Position numbers and translations under genes: made by a program | Notes under the pieces: model-generated | Database searches by the model: none | Told to the model about the DNA's origin: nothing | Seen by the model: only the letters and a program-made list of their open reading frames with translations | Origin: an uncultured Microbacterium sp. | GTDB lineage: Bacteria > Actinomycetota > Actinomycetes > Actinomycetales > Microbacteriaceae | Reading direction: 5' to 3' | Length of the DNA: 64,000 nucleotides | NCBI GenBank assembly: GCA_937988695.1 | Contig: CALKHM010000104.1 | Span: 35,131 to 99,130 of the forward strand | Part shown: positions 9,593 to 19,429 of the stretch, piece by piece | Position numbering within the stretch: position 1 is the stretch's first letter | Layout of the letters: each line of letters opens with the position of its first letter

Positions 9593-9624
9593 AAGATAAA
9601 CCTTGGAGCACACTCCAGAGTCAA
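9593..9624 (-). promoter_or_regulatory. MerR/ZntR-type promoter-operator
   Basis: TTGACT, 20-bp spacer, TATCTT, with dyad ACTCTGGAG-TGTG-CTCCAAGGT. Confidence 0.88.
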
Positions 9625-9892
9625 GTCCCGACGTCATGCGCACTGGCGCTCAGCGGCCGCGACTCCCCACGGGGGCCATGGCACGGGGGCCGGGGCGCAC
9701 CAGTGCCTGAGGAGCGCGCCGGAGAAGAAGGCGGAGAGCGCGGTGCGCTGCCAGCGACCGGCCGTCTACGTCGTGCCGCCGACGATTGTCAGTGGCCGGC
9801 GAGATGGGCCATGGATGGGCTATGATGGCCGACAGATGGGAGGGGCTTGGTTAAGGATGCACGATGACCTTGTCGTGAGATTCATCGACACC

Positions 9893-9913
9893 GTTCGAGT
9901 CCCTCCGGTCGCG
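9893..9913 (+). other. tRNA 3'-end fragment (att-like site)
   Basis: GTTCGAGTCCCTCCGGTCGCG = T-loop, T-stem 3' arm, acceptor 3' strand and discriminator; no 5' half; followed by a GC hairpin. Confidence 0.6.
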
Positions 9914-10517
9914 TTCCCACCCCCCCGGGGCTGGGATTCCTGCAACGACGCCTCCCGCTCCGTCCGCTCGACTCACGACGACCGACTTGATGCGACTCAC
10001 CTGTTGGACTGTCTCGTCGGCCGTCGGGCCGGCCGTCGCGTCTAGGGGCAGGTCAAGTGACGGGTGGATAGAGGCTGCGCGGCCTAGGCTTGCAGGACTC
10101 CACCATGGGGTGCTGGTCGAGCCATCGGCGGGGTACCCCGCGAGGACTCGGCTCGGGGTGCTACGGCAACCTCCCGCAGCGCCGGTCAGGCCGCGGATGA
10201 GGAGCCGTGCAGCATCGCAGCTTGACCAGCACGTGCGGCGGACCAGTACGTGCGGCGGTGTGTGTGTCCCTTGCCGAGGACTAGCGCGAACCGGGCACGT
10301 CGACCGAGGAGTCGATGAACCACTCAGGCCAGTGTAGCGTGCAAGATAGCCGGGCACCTAGTGGTCCGTCCCGGGACTTCCTCTGGGACAGTCGTCCCAG
10401 AATTTTTTCACGCCAGCAGGTAGGCATCCACGCTCTACCGTCCACGTAGCGAGGGGCTCGGCGTCCACCGAGCCCCTCGCTACGTGCCACTCACACGCGG
10501 ACGGCAACCGTTGGGGC

Positions 10518-10640
10518 ATCACCCGCCGGCAGGATCACCCGCCGGCAGGATCACCCGCCGGCAGGATCACCCGCCGGCAGGATCATCCGCCGGCAGAATC
10601 ATCCGCCGGCAGGATCACCCCCGGAAGGATCACCTCCGGG
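10518..10640. repeat. 16-bp tandem repeat (ATCACCCGCCGGCAGG), about 7.5 copies
   Basis: Contiguous copies without spacers; degenerate toward, and overlapping, the DUF411 stop codon. Confidence 0.95.
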
Positions 10641-11247
10641 CGTACACCGCGGTCCCGCCGTCGCGCGTGAAGGTGAGCACCTCATACGGCTGCCGTCCGA
10701 TGCCCTCCATGCCTGGAGAACCCACCGGCATGCCGGGCACCGCGAGCCCCGCGACCGCCGGCTGCTCGTCGAGCAGCCGCACCACGAGATCCGCCGGCAC
10801 GTGCCCCTCGACGACGTATCCGCCGACCAGGGTCGTGTGGCAGGAGGCGAGCGTACCCGGCACGCCGTGCTCCGTCTTGATCGCGGCCATGTCGGGGACG
10901 TTCCTCTCGGTCACCTCGAAGCCCGCGCGCCGCATGTGCCGGAGCCAGAGCTCGCAGCACTGACAGGTCGGGCTCTTGTAGACGGTGATCTCGCCCGCAT
11001 GCGCGGGTGCCGGTGTGGCGAGCCACCAGCCGACGCCGAGGAGCGCCGCGATCAGCGCCACGGCGACCACGCCGAGACGACGGCCGCGTGTACCCGTGCG
11101 ACGTACATCCGAACGTCCACCCCGGGACCGCCGCCCATTCGGGCGGGCCTCCACGGGACGGCCAGCCTTGCGCACCTCGTGCGCCTCGGGCACCTCACGC
11201 CGCGCGTTGCGCTCGGCCGAGGTCGGACGTTGCTTGCGCCTGCTCAT
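10630..11247 (-). CDS. DUF411 (CopG-like) metal-binding protein
   Basis: YKSPTCQCC, SCHT, EGHVPA and PGMPVGSPGME; ATG overlaps cusA stop. Confidence 0.9.
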   Translation of the reverse strand: MSRRKQRPTSAERNARREVPEAHEVRKAGRPVEARPNGRRSRGGRSDVRRTGTRGRRLGVVAVALIAALLGVGWWLATPAPAHAGEITVYKSPTCQCCELWLRHMRRAGFEVTERNVPDMAAIKTEHGVPGTLASCHTTLVGGYVVEGHVPADLVVRLLDEQPAVAGLAVPGMPVGSPGMEGIGRQPYEVLTFTRDGGTAVYARR

Positions 11248-14200
11248 GGCGTCATGCCTCCCCTGCTGTTGTTGGGCGATGTCATCGAGAGCTGCGCTGC
11301 ACCGGCTGGTGCTCCCACCGGCCGTGCTGCGGCCGGCGCCGTGCGCCCAACGAGGGATCGCTCGGCCCGGAGCGCCCGGCGCACCTCGTACTCCCTCCAG
11401 AGCGAGTATATGGCCGGGATGACGATCAGCGTGAGCACCGTGCTGCTCACCATCCCGCCCACCATCGGCGCGGCGATGCGCTTCATCACGCTCGACCCCG
11501 TCCCCGTGCCCCAGAGGATCGGTAGCAGACCCGCCATGATCGCCGTCACCGTCATCATCTTCGGCCGCACGCGCTCCACGGCGCCCTCCATCACGGCGTC
11601 GTAGAGGTCGCGCAGCGTCGGCTGGCGGCCGTCCACCTGGTGCGCCTTCCACGCGTGATCCAGGTAGATGAGCATGATGACCCCCGTCTCCGCCGCCACG
11701 CCGGCCAGCGCGATGAACCCGATCGCCACCGCCACCGACCAGTTGTAGCCGAGCAGCCAGACGAACCAGATGCCACCGACGAGCGCGAAGGGCAGCGAGA
11801 GCATCACGATCAGCGTCTCGCCCACGCTCTTGAAGTTGAAGTAGAGGAGCAGGAAGATGATCGCCAGCGTGGCCGGGATGACGAGCTTCATCGTCTCCTG
11901 GGCACGCAGCATGTACTCGTACTGCCCGCTCCACGCGAGGGTGTAGCCGGAAGGGAGCGTGACCATCTGTTCGACGGCCTGCTGCGCCTCGGCCACGTAG
12001 CTGCCGATGTCGCGCCCCGCCACGTCCACGTACACCCATGCCGTCGGCTGCGCGTTCTCGGTGCGGACGACCATCGGGCCGGCGACCTGCTTGATCGTGG
12101 CCACCTGGCCGAGGGGCACCTGCGCCGTCCGCCCGCTCGACGTCGGACCCGCGGCCGCCCCGCCACCCATCGCTCCACCACCCATCGCCATTCCGGCTCC
12201 GGCAGCCGCCGCGCCACCGCCCCCGGTGTTCACCGGGATGAGCACCGAGGCGAGCCGTTCCGGGCTGTCGCGCAGTTCCGGCGGGTAACGGAGGCGCACC
12301 CCGTAGCGCTCGCGCCCCTCCACCGTCTGCGTGATCGTCATGCCGCCGATCGCCGTGGTGATGACGGCGTTGACGTCGCCGACGTTGAGCCCGTAGCGGG
12401 CCGCCGCCTCGCGGTCGATGTCGATGTCCACGTAGTAGCCCGACACCGCCCGCTCGGCGAAGGCGCTCCGCGTGCCCGGCACCATCTGCACGGCACGCTC
12501 CACTTCCTTGCCGAGCCGCTCGAGCTCGGCCAGGTCCGGGCCGAAGATCTTGACGCCCACCGGCGTCCGGATGCCCGTGGCGAGCATGTCGATGCGGCCA
12601 CGGATCGGCATCGTCCAGGAGTTGCTCACCCCCGGCATCCGCACGGCGGAATCCATCTGCGCGATGAGGTCGTCATACGTCAGCCCCGGCCGCCACTCGG
12701 ACTGTGGCTTGAGGGTGATCGTCGTCTCGAACATGTCGAGGCCCGCCGGGTCCGTCGCCGTCTCGGCGCGGCCGGCCTTGCCCCACACGTGCTCCACCTC
12801 CGGGAAGGACATCAGGATCTGGTCCTGCGTCCGCATGATCTCGCGCGCCCGGGCGACGCTCACGCCCGGCAGCGTCGTCGGCATGTAGAGGATCGACCCT
12901 TCCTCGATGGGCGGCAGGAACTCGCTGCCGATCCTCGTCCACGGCACCCAGGTGAGGATGAGCGCGACGGCGGCGACGCCGATCACCGGCCAGCGGTGCC
13001 GGAGGACGCCCGTGATCATCGGCCGGTAGACGCGGATGAGCGCCCGGTTGATCGGGTTCGCGCGCTCCCGGTACATCTTCCCACGGATGAAGAGCCCCAT
13101 GGTCACCGGGACGAGCGTCACCGAGAGCAGGCTCGCCGCCGCCATGGCGAACGTCTTGGTGAAGGCGAGTGGCGTGAAGAGCCGTCCCTCCTGCCCCGTC
13201 AGCGTGAACACCGGGACGAACGACACGGTGATGATTAGGAGCGAGAAGAAGAGGGCGGGTCCCACCTCCTTCGACGACTCGACGACGACGCGCCACCGCT
13301 CCTGCGCCGTGAGCACGTTCGTGTTGAACGAGCGTCCGGTCGAGGCACGGCCCATCGCGGCTTCCTTCGCCTCGACCTCCCGTTCGAGGTGCTTGTGCAT
13401 GTTCTCGATCATCACGATCGCCGCGTCGATCATCGCGCCGATGGCGATGGCGATCCCGCCGAGCGACATGATGTCCGCCCCGACCCCCACCCACCGCATG
13501 GCGATGAAGGCCATCAGGATGCCGACGGGCAGCGTGAGGATGGCGACGAGCGCCGAGCGCGCGTGGAGGAGGAAGATGATGCAGACGAGGGCGACGATGA
13601 GCGACTCCTCGAGCAGCTTCACGCGCAGGTTGTCGATGGCGCTCTCGATGAGCGAGCTCCGGTCGTAGACCGGCCGTACGACCACGCCTTCTGGGAGGCC
13701 GCGCTCCACCTCGGCCAGCTTCTCCTTCACGCGCTCGATGGTCGTGAGTGCGTTCTCGCCGAAGCGCATGACGACGATCGCGCCGACGGCGTCGCCGCGC
13801 CCGTCGAGCTCCGCGACGCCGCGCCGTACGGCCGGCCCCACGCTCACCCGCCCGAGCTCGGCCACGCGGATCGGAGTGCCCGTGGCCGTGGCGCTGACGA
13901 CCACGTTCTCGATGTCGCCGATCCCCTCAAGGTAGCCCAGCCCCCGCACCATATACTCCCGCTCGGAGAGCTCCATCACCATCGCGCCGACGTCGGCGTT
14001 GGCGTTCTGGATCGCGCTCATGACGCGCGTGACCGGGATGCCGTAGGCGAGGAGCTTGGCCGGGTCGAGGTCCACCTGGTACTGCTTCTCGAACCCGCCG
14101 ACGGTGGCGACCTCGGAAACGCCGGGGACTGCGGTGAGCGCGTAGCGGAGATACCAGTCCTGGAGGCTCCGCAGCTCGGCCAGGTTCATCCGGCCCGTCG

Positions 14201-14639
14201 TGTCCTCGAGGGCGTACTGGTACACCCAGCCGAGCCCCGTCGCGTCGGGGCCGAGCGTGGGTGAAACGCCCGCCGGCAGCTTCCCCTGGATCCCGCTCAG
14301 GTACTCGAGCACGCGACTACGGGCCCAGTAGAGGTCCGTGTCGTCGTCGAAGATGACGTAGACGAAGGAGACACCGAAGAACGAGTAGCCGCGCACCGTG
14401 GTCGCGCCCGGGACCTTGAGCATCTCGGCCGCGATCGGATAGGTGATCTGGTCCTCGATGATCTGCGGCGCCTGCTCCCCGTAGTCGGTCTGGACGATCA
14501 CCTGCACGTCGGAGAGGTCGGGCAGCGCCTCGAGTGGCGTGCGCTGAACGGCCCAGATGCCGCCCAGGATGGCGGCGACCGTGAACAGGGCGACGATCAG
14601 CCTGTTGCCGACGGCCCATTCGATGATACGATTCAGCAT
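11244..14639 (-). CDS. cusA: CusA/SilA heavy-metal RND permease (copy 1)
   Basis: PDLSDVQVIV, GPDATGLGWV, AIGAMIDAAIVMIEN and RVRPKMMT. Confidence 0.96.
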   Translation of the reverse strand: MLNRIIEWAVGNRLIVALFTVAAILGGIWAVQRTPLEALPDLSDVQVIVQTDYGEQAPQIIEDQITYPIAAEMLKVPGATTVRGYSFFGVSFVYVIFDDDTDLYWARSRVLEYLSGIQGKLPAGVSPTLGPDATGLGWVYQYALEDTTGRMNLAELRSLQDWYLRYALTAVPGVSEVATVGGFEKQYQVDLDPAKLLAYGIPVTRVMSAIQNANADVGAMVMELSEREYMVRGLGYLEGIGDIENVVVSATATGTPIRVAELGRVSVGPAVRRGVAELDGRGDAVGAIVVMRFGENALTTIERVKEKLAEVERGLPEGVVVRPVYDRSSLIESAIDNLRVKLLEESLIVALVCIIFLLHARSALVAILTLPVGILMAFIAMRWVGVGADIMSLGGIAIAIGAMIDAAIVMIENMHKHLEREVEAKEAAMGRASTGRSFNTNVLTAQERWRVVVESSKEVGPALFFSLLIITVSFVPVFTLTGQEGRLFTPLAFTKTFAMAAASLLSVTLVPVTMGLFIRGKMYRERANPINRALIRVYRPMITGVLRHRWPVIGVAAVALILTWVPWTRIGSEFLPPIEEGSILYMPTTLPGVSVARAREIMRTQDQILMSFPEVEHVWGKAGRAETATDPAGLDMFETTITLKPQSEWRPGLTYDDLIAQMDSAVRMPGVSNSWTMPIRGRIDMLATGIRTPVGVKIFGPDLAELERLGKEVERAVQMVPGTRSAFAERAVSGYYVDIDIDREAAARYGLNVGDVNAVITTAIGGMTITQTVEGRERYGVRLRYPPELRDSPERLASVLIPVNTGGGGAAAAGAGMAMGGGAMGGGAAAGPTSSGRTAQVPLGQVATIKQVAGPMVVRTENAQPTAWVYVDVAGRDIGSYVAEAQQAVEQMVTLPSGYTLAWSGQYEYMLRAQETMKLVIPATLAIIFLLLYFNFKSVGETLIVMLSLPFALVGGIWFVWLLGYNWSVAVAIGFIALAGVAAETGVIMLIYLDHAWKAHQVDGRQPTLRDLYDAVMEGAVERVRPKMMTVTAIMAGLLPILWGTGTGSSVMKRIAAPMVGGMVSSTVLTLIVIPAIYSLWREYEVRRALRAERSLVGRTAPAAARPVGAPAGAAQLSMTSPNNSRGGMTP

Positions 14640-14645
14640 GGCCGC

Positions 14646-16106
14646 CTACTCCTGGTGCTGCGAGTGATCCATGCCCGGCATGTCGGGCATCGGAGCCGTC
14701 TTCGGCGCCGCGGCGGGCGCCGCGCTTGCTCCGGGTGCGGCCGACGGGGCCGGCGCGCCCATGTCCATTCCCGGCATGTCGCCCATCCCGCCGAGCGCCG
14801 AGCCGAGGTTCGACTCCGCGTCCACGAGGAAGGTGGCCGAGGAGACGACCGTGTCGCCGACCGTGAGCCCCTCGAGGATCTGGATCCGCTCGGCCGTCGC
14901 CAGGCCGGGTACCACGTCGCGTGGCTCGAGCATGCCGTCGGCGCGCTTCAGGAAGACCAGGTGCCGGGTCCCCGTGGAGAGGACCGCCGAGCGGGGCACG
15001 CTCAGCGCCGACTCCGGGCCCGTGCCGCTCACGCGGATGGTCGCGTACATGCCGGGCTTGAGGGCGAGCCCCGGGTTCGTCAGCTCGACGCGCACCCGCG
15101 CCGTCCGCGTCTCCGGGTTCAGCGTCGGGTAGATGTAGGTGATCCGCCCTGTTCGCGGCTCCCCGGGCAGCGCCTCGAACTCGGCCGTCACCTGCTGCCC
15201 GAGCCGGATGCCAGCCAGGTCGCGCTCGAACACCTCGCCCTCGAGCCATAGGGTGCTCAGGTCGGCCACCTGGTAGAGGGCCTCACCGGCCATGATGCGC
15301 TGGCCGGCCAGCACGTTCTTCTCGACGACGACGCCACCCGCCGACGCGCGCAGGACGATCGCCTTCCGCACCTCGCCCGTCCGCTCGATCCGGTCGATCT
15401 CGCTCTCGGGGATGTCCCAGAAGGCGAGACGCCGCCGCGCCGACTCGCGAAGCTCCTCGGCTCCCCGCCGCGCCTCCGGCGTGCCGCCGGCCACGTCGGC
15501 CGTCAGCTGACGCGCGAGGAGCAACTCCTGCTGCGCGGACACCAGCATCGGCGAGTAGATGGAGAGGAGCGCCTGGCCCTGCTGCACGGGCTGGCCCGTG
15601 TAGTTGACGTAGAGCTCCTCGACCCAGCCGTCGATCTTCGGCGAGATCGCCTTCACGCGTGTCTCGTCGAACGTCACCTGGGCGACGGTCCGGATCTCGG
15701 TCGCGAGCGGGCCGAGGACGACCGGCGCGTACGTGACACCGATGCGCCGCGCATCCTCCGCCGTCAGCATCACCGGCATGGCGCTGTCCGCGGCAGGGGC
15801 GGCGCCGTGATTGTGTCCGGCCATGTCCGCCGCCGCCGCGCCGCTCTCGCCGCGCGTGAGCAGGTACACGGCGGCGATCGCGACCAGCAGCACTATGGCG
15901 AGGATCGCGGCACCCATCGCGCGGCGCCGGCCGCTCGGCCGGCCGGACCCGAACGGCGACTCTTCATTCGGATCCGGAACCGGATTGGCGGGCCCGGCGG
16001 GCTGCGTGCCTGCATCACCACGAGGGTGAGCGGCATAGCGCCGCGAATCGCCGTGCTGTACGCCCGCGGCCCTCTCGTTCAACATGTCACTCGGTCCCTT
16101 GCTCAT
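14646..16106 (-). CDS. cusB: CusB-type membrane fusion protein (copy 1)
   Basis: IYSPMLVSAQQE, LKPGMYA, FLVDAES; Met/His-rich termini. Confidence 0.93.
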   Translation of the reverse strand: MSKGPSDMLNERAAGVQHGDSRRYAAHPRGDAGTQPAGPANPVPDPNEESPFGSGRPSGRRRAMGAAILAIVLLVAIAAVYLLTRGESGAAAADMAGHNHGAAPAADSAMPVMLTAEDARRIGVTYAPVVLGPLATEIRTVAQVTFDETRVKAISPKIDGWVEELYVNYTGQPVQQGQALLSIYSPMLVSAQQELLLARQLTADVAGGTPEARRGAEELRESARRRLAFWDIPESEIDRIERTGEVRKAIVLRASAGGVVVEKNVLAGQRIMAGEALYQVADLSTLWLEGEVFERDLAGIRLGQQVTAEFEALPGEPRTGRITYIYPTLNPETRTARVRVELTNPGLALKPGMYATIRVSGTGPESALSVPRSAVLSTGTRHLVFLKRADGMLEPRDVVPGLATAERIQILEGLTVGDTVVSSATFLVDAESNLGSALGGMGDMPGMDMGAPAPSAAPGASAAPAAAPKTAPMPDMPGMDHSQHQE

Positions 16107-17533
16107 CTCTCGCTCCCGGCCGCGGGCGCGGCCACCGTGTTCGGGTCGAACAGCTCTCGGCCGATCAGCATCTCGAGCTCGGCCAGTGCCTTCCCCTGCT
16201 CCGCCACGAGCGCGTAGAGCTCCTGCTGGTAGCGGTTCAGGGTCATCTGGTTGTCGAGCAGCGTCATGAAGTTCACATCCCCCACCCGGTAGGCAGCGAG
16301 CGACGACGTGATGGTCGCCTGCGCCTGCGGGAGGATCGTGCTCTGGTAGAGCTCGCTCAGGTTGCGCGCGCGGCGCCAGTCGGCGTAGACCGCGGCGATG
16401 CGCCCGGCGGTCTCGGCGCGCATGGCCGCAAGGTCCGCCGTCGCCATCGTCCGCATGGCCGCCGCCTCCTCGCGCATCTGGAGCTGGCGGCTCCGGGCGA
16501 AGATCGGGATGCTGGCACCGAGCATCAGGCTGCCCATCTGCGCCGTCCCCTCACCCATAGCGCCCGGGCCCCAGCCGTACTGCACGCCCACCTCGAGGTC
16601 CGGCCAGAGCTCCCGCCGGGCGAGCGTCGCGGCCGCCTCGGCGCCGCGCAACTCGTCGCGCCCCGCCTGGATCATCGGGCGGTTCGCCTCGGCCAGCCGG
16701 ATGAGCGAGTCGAGCGGCGGGAGCTCGGTCGGCAGCGCCGGGAGCATGGGCGAGGCCGGATCGGCCTCTGGGGTGCGGTTCAGGAGCGCGGCGAGCTGCG
16801 CGTCCATGCCGGTGCGCATCGTCTGCATGCGGACGATGTCCTCCGTCATGCGGGCGATCTCGACCTGCGCCCGGAGCACGTCGGGCTGCCGTCCCTCGCC
16901 TACCGCGTACATCGTCTGCGCAGTCGCGGCGATGTCCTGGAGGAGCCGGCGCGTCGTGCCCGCCACCTCGAGCGACTGGTCCGTCTGGTACAGCTCGTAG
17001 AAGGCCATCGCCGCCCGGGCCCGAAGGTCCCACCGGACGTCGGCGGCGCGGCTCCGGGCGGCCGCCGCCTGGGCCTCAGCCACGTCGCCGGCGAGGCCGA
17101 GCTTGCCGGCGACGGGGATCATCTGCATGAGCTGCAGCTGCGTCATGCCGAGCGGGTCCATGGACTTGAGCGACGGCAGCTGGCGGTTCATGAAGCCGAG
17201 CTGGAGCTGTGGATCGGGCGGGCGCCGGGCGCCGGGCACGCGTGCCTCGGCGGCGCGGGCCAGCGCCTGGGCCGCCTCCAGCCGAGGGCTCGCGGTGGCG
17301 AGCTGCTGGTAGAGCGCGCCGAGCACCAGCGGCGGCGCGTGCCGGGCCGTCGTGTCGCGGTCGCCCCCAGCGGAAACGCCGCCTGCTGCAGAAGCGGTCG
17401 ACGCCTGCGCAACGACGCGACCGGGGATCCCGACACCGGCAAGCACGGTCACGGTGGCCAGGCCAACGGTGCGGACGAGTGCGCCCACGCGCCGCTCTCG
17501 CCAGCGGAAAGAACTGGGTTTCACGGGAATCAT
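16103..17533 (-). CDS. TolC-family outer membrane factor (cus operon 1)
   Basis: PDPQLQLG, Met-rich, AYRVG; first structural gene of the operon. Confidence 0.9.
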   Translation of the reverse strand: MIPVKPSSFRWRERRVGALVRTVGLATVTVLAGVGIPGRVVAQASTASAAGGVSAGGDRDTTARHAPPLVLGALYQQLATASPRLEAAQALARAAEARVPGARRPPDPQLQLGFMNRQLPSLKSMDPLGMTQLQLMQMIPVAGKLGLAGDVAEAQAAAARSRAADVRWDLRARAAMAFYELYQTDQSLEVAGTTRRLLQDIAATAQTMYAVGEGRQPDVLRAQVEIARMTEDIVRMQTMRTGMDAQLAALLNRTPEADPASPMLPALPTELPPLDSLIRLAEANRPMIQAGRDELRGAEAAATLARRELWPDLEVGVQYGWGPGAMGEGTAQMGSLMLGASIPIFARSRQLQMREEAAAMRTMATADLAAMRAETAGRIAAVYADWRRARNLSELYQSTILPQAQATITSSLAAYRVGDVNFMTLLDNQMTLNRYQQELYALVAEQGKALAELEMLIGRELFDPNTVAAPAAGSER

Positions 17534-17721
17534 CTCGGGTTGAGAGCCGACGCAGCTTCTGTCCCCACGGATCGACCGGAACCGGCCGAGCGAACGCTCG
17601 CCAGGCTACGTGAGCCTGCGCTGAATGGGACCTGAGTGTGCGTCAGCGGTATGCGGCACCATGCTCGTCCGACCAACAGGTGCGTCGGTGGAGGAGCGAC
17701 CTACGACTTGAGATGGTGCGG

Positions 17722-18213
17722 CTACGCCCGAGGAGGGGGGACGTCGGGGGCGGTGTCGCGCGAGTGGGGACGGGCGTCCGGCGCAACGACGCGCTCACCA
17801 GCCAGGCGACCTTCGGTCGCCAGCAGCGGGCCTGCGGCTTCCGATGCGGCCGCGGCCGAGCACGCAATCATCGCGGCGCAATCCGGGGGCATCCCGGAGT
17901 CGGGGCAATGCGACGGCAGTGTCTCCGCGGGCCCCGTCGGGGACGAGGCCCTGGCGTTGCCCGCATCATCCAGAACGCCCATCGCGTGGGCGCGCGCCGC
18001 GTGCTCCATCGGCATCATCGCGGCGTGCGCCGATGCGGTCGTGGCCTTCGCGTCGGCGCGCCCGCGCATAGCCATGACAGGCATCCCTCCCGGCTCTCCG
18101 CGTGCCGCCCCAGCGGCGTGCTCGGACAGACACGCCGCCCCACCACCCTCCCAGATACTCTGGAAGAGGAGGAGAGCGACGAACAGAGCGGTGAGGCGGC
18201 GAAGAAGTATCAC
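17722..18213 (-). CDS. CutF/DUF2946-like leader protein of cus operon 1
   Basis: RRLTALFV signal/TM, Met/His-rich middle, C-x8-C-x2-M-x2-C, C-terminal PDVPPPRA. Confidence 0.78.
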   Translation of the reverse strand: MILLRRLTALFVALLLFQSIWEGGGAACLSEHAAGAARGEPGGMPVMAMRGRADAKATTASAHAAMMPMEHAARAHAMGVLDDAGNARASSPTGPAETLPSHCPDSGMPPDCAAMIACSAAAASEAAGPLLATEGRLAGERVVAPDARPHSRDTAPDVPPPRA

Positions 18214-18382
18214 GGACGAGTATGAGACCGGAGTCGACTATCGTGATGTCGAAGGCTGCGACTGCTCTCGCGCTGCAGTCGTTGGAGGCTGGGTAAAAAG
18301 GTAGCGATGCCGGAAGGGGACGACAATCAGGGAATCGCTGGCAGGACGGTGGGGAGAAACACTGCCCGCGGTGATGCCCTGC

Positions 18383-19408
18383 TTACCGGCCGACGTGCGG
18401 GCAGTGCAGGCGAAGAGTGCCGAATGGTGATCCGAGACAGAACAGGTGACTCGTTGCCCACTCGCCCTTGTGTATGCAGTGGGCCAGGACGCCTGGCCGC
18501 TCGCTCGACATGGGGTGGGCCATGAGGACACCGGACGTCCAGACGAGACCGAGCGCCAGCGCCGCCCCGACGATCGACCGTCTCGTGACGTGACTCGTCA
18601 CCGCTGGCTCCTCACCCGCGAGCCTCCGGATACGCCGGTCGAGAAGGTCCGGCCGGTAGAAGCCGACCGATGCACGCACGAGCGCTGGCGGCGTACGCCA
18701 GCTGGCGAGTGCCAGAATCGCCGAGGCGAGGACGAGCGGGCGTCCGGCGGCGGCCGCGTCGTCCGCGGCGATCTCCGCGTCATCGGCCACATCAGCCGCG
18801 AGTCGGTGGAGCGCCGGAAGCCAGAAGAGCATGCGGCCGAGGAAGCGTAGCACGGAGAGACGAAGAGGGTCTCGCCTCACGAGATGCGCACGCTCGTGCG
18901 TGAGCACAGCTGCCAGCTCGTCCGGCGCCAGCCACTCGGCGAGTTCCGCCGCCACGTAGACCAGCGGACGGAACCAGCCAATGGTGAAGGCCGGATTGGG
19001 CAATCCGGAGACGACACGGAGGCGCCCGGGGTCGAGGTTCGCCGAGCGCGCCGCGCGCCAGAACGAATCCTCCGGCCGGGGGCATTCCGCCTCGAGCGGT
19101 GCGAGGGCGCGCCGGACCGTCAGCCAGGCTCTTACCCGGTCCCAGACGGCGTACGCCAGCCCAGCGACGACGAGTACGTGGAAGATGTAGTGGACGGGCG
19201 CCAGTAGGTGATGCAGTGCCGTGAGACACAGGGCGCCGAGATGATCCCGACCCGCCAGCAGCGTGTCCATTCCCGCCGCCACATGATGGCCGAATATGGG
19301 ACTGGTACTCAGGACGATGAGAGCGGCGAAGCCCACGAGCACCGTTCTGCGGCGACGGTCCTCCCGCGTCACGAGTGCCGCCGGGCGGTACGGCGGGGAG
19401 CGTTCCAT
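18383..19408 (-). CDS. M56 (BlaR1/MecR1-like) membrane metallopeptidase
   Basis: PAFTIGWFRP, HERAH zinc motif, RRDPLR, EIAADD; no penicillin-binding domain. Confidence 0.9.
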   Translation of the reverse strand: MERSPPYRPAALVTREDRRRRTVLVGFAALIVLSTSPIFGHHVAAGMDTLLAGRDHLGALCLTALHHLLAPVHYIFHVLVVAGLAYAVWDRVRAWLTVRRALAPLEAECPRPEDSFWRAARSANLDPGRLRVVSGLPNPAFTIGWFRPLVYVAAELAEWLAPDELAAVLTHERAHLVRRDPLRLSVLRFLGRMLFWLPALHRLAADVADDAEIAADDAAAAGRPLVLASAILALASWRTPPALVRASVGFYRPDLLDRRIRRLAGEEPAVTSHVTRRSIVGAALALGLVWTSGVLMAHPMSSERPGVLAHCIHKGEWATSHLFCLGSPFGTLRLHCPHVGR

Positions 19409-19429
19409 GGCCCTCCTCGCCCTCAGTGA

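Larger units (their letters stand above)
5197..10418. mobile_element. Putative non-autonomous Tn7/Tn5053-like mer transposon
   Basis: Inverted ends 5196-5222 and 10393-10419 match at 22/27 nt (TGCTGGCGTGAA...GGGACG); each end has an inner GAAGTYYCGGGAC repeat; no transposase inside and no matching 5-bp target duplication. Confidence 0.6.

Noticed and set aside
9808-9821. 14-bp identity GCCATGGATGGGCT with 23872-23885 as a possible att or target duplication
   Set aside because: A match this long is expected by chance in 64 kb, and no further similarity flanks it.
9893-9913. Complete tRNA gene
   Set aside because: Upstream bases do not form the T-stem 5' arm, D-arm or anticodon arm; only a 3' fragment exists.
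10518-10640. CRISPR array
   Set aside because: Units are contiguous 16-mers with no unique spacers, and no cas genes are present.
14807-14820. GGTTCGACTCC T-loop-like motifs here and near 58167
   Set aside because: They are the antisense of conserved ESNL codons in both cusB genes.
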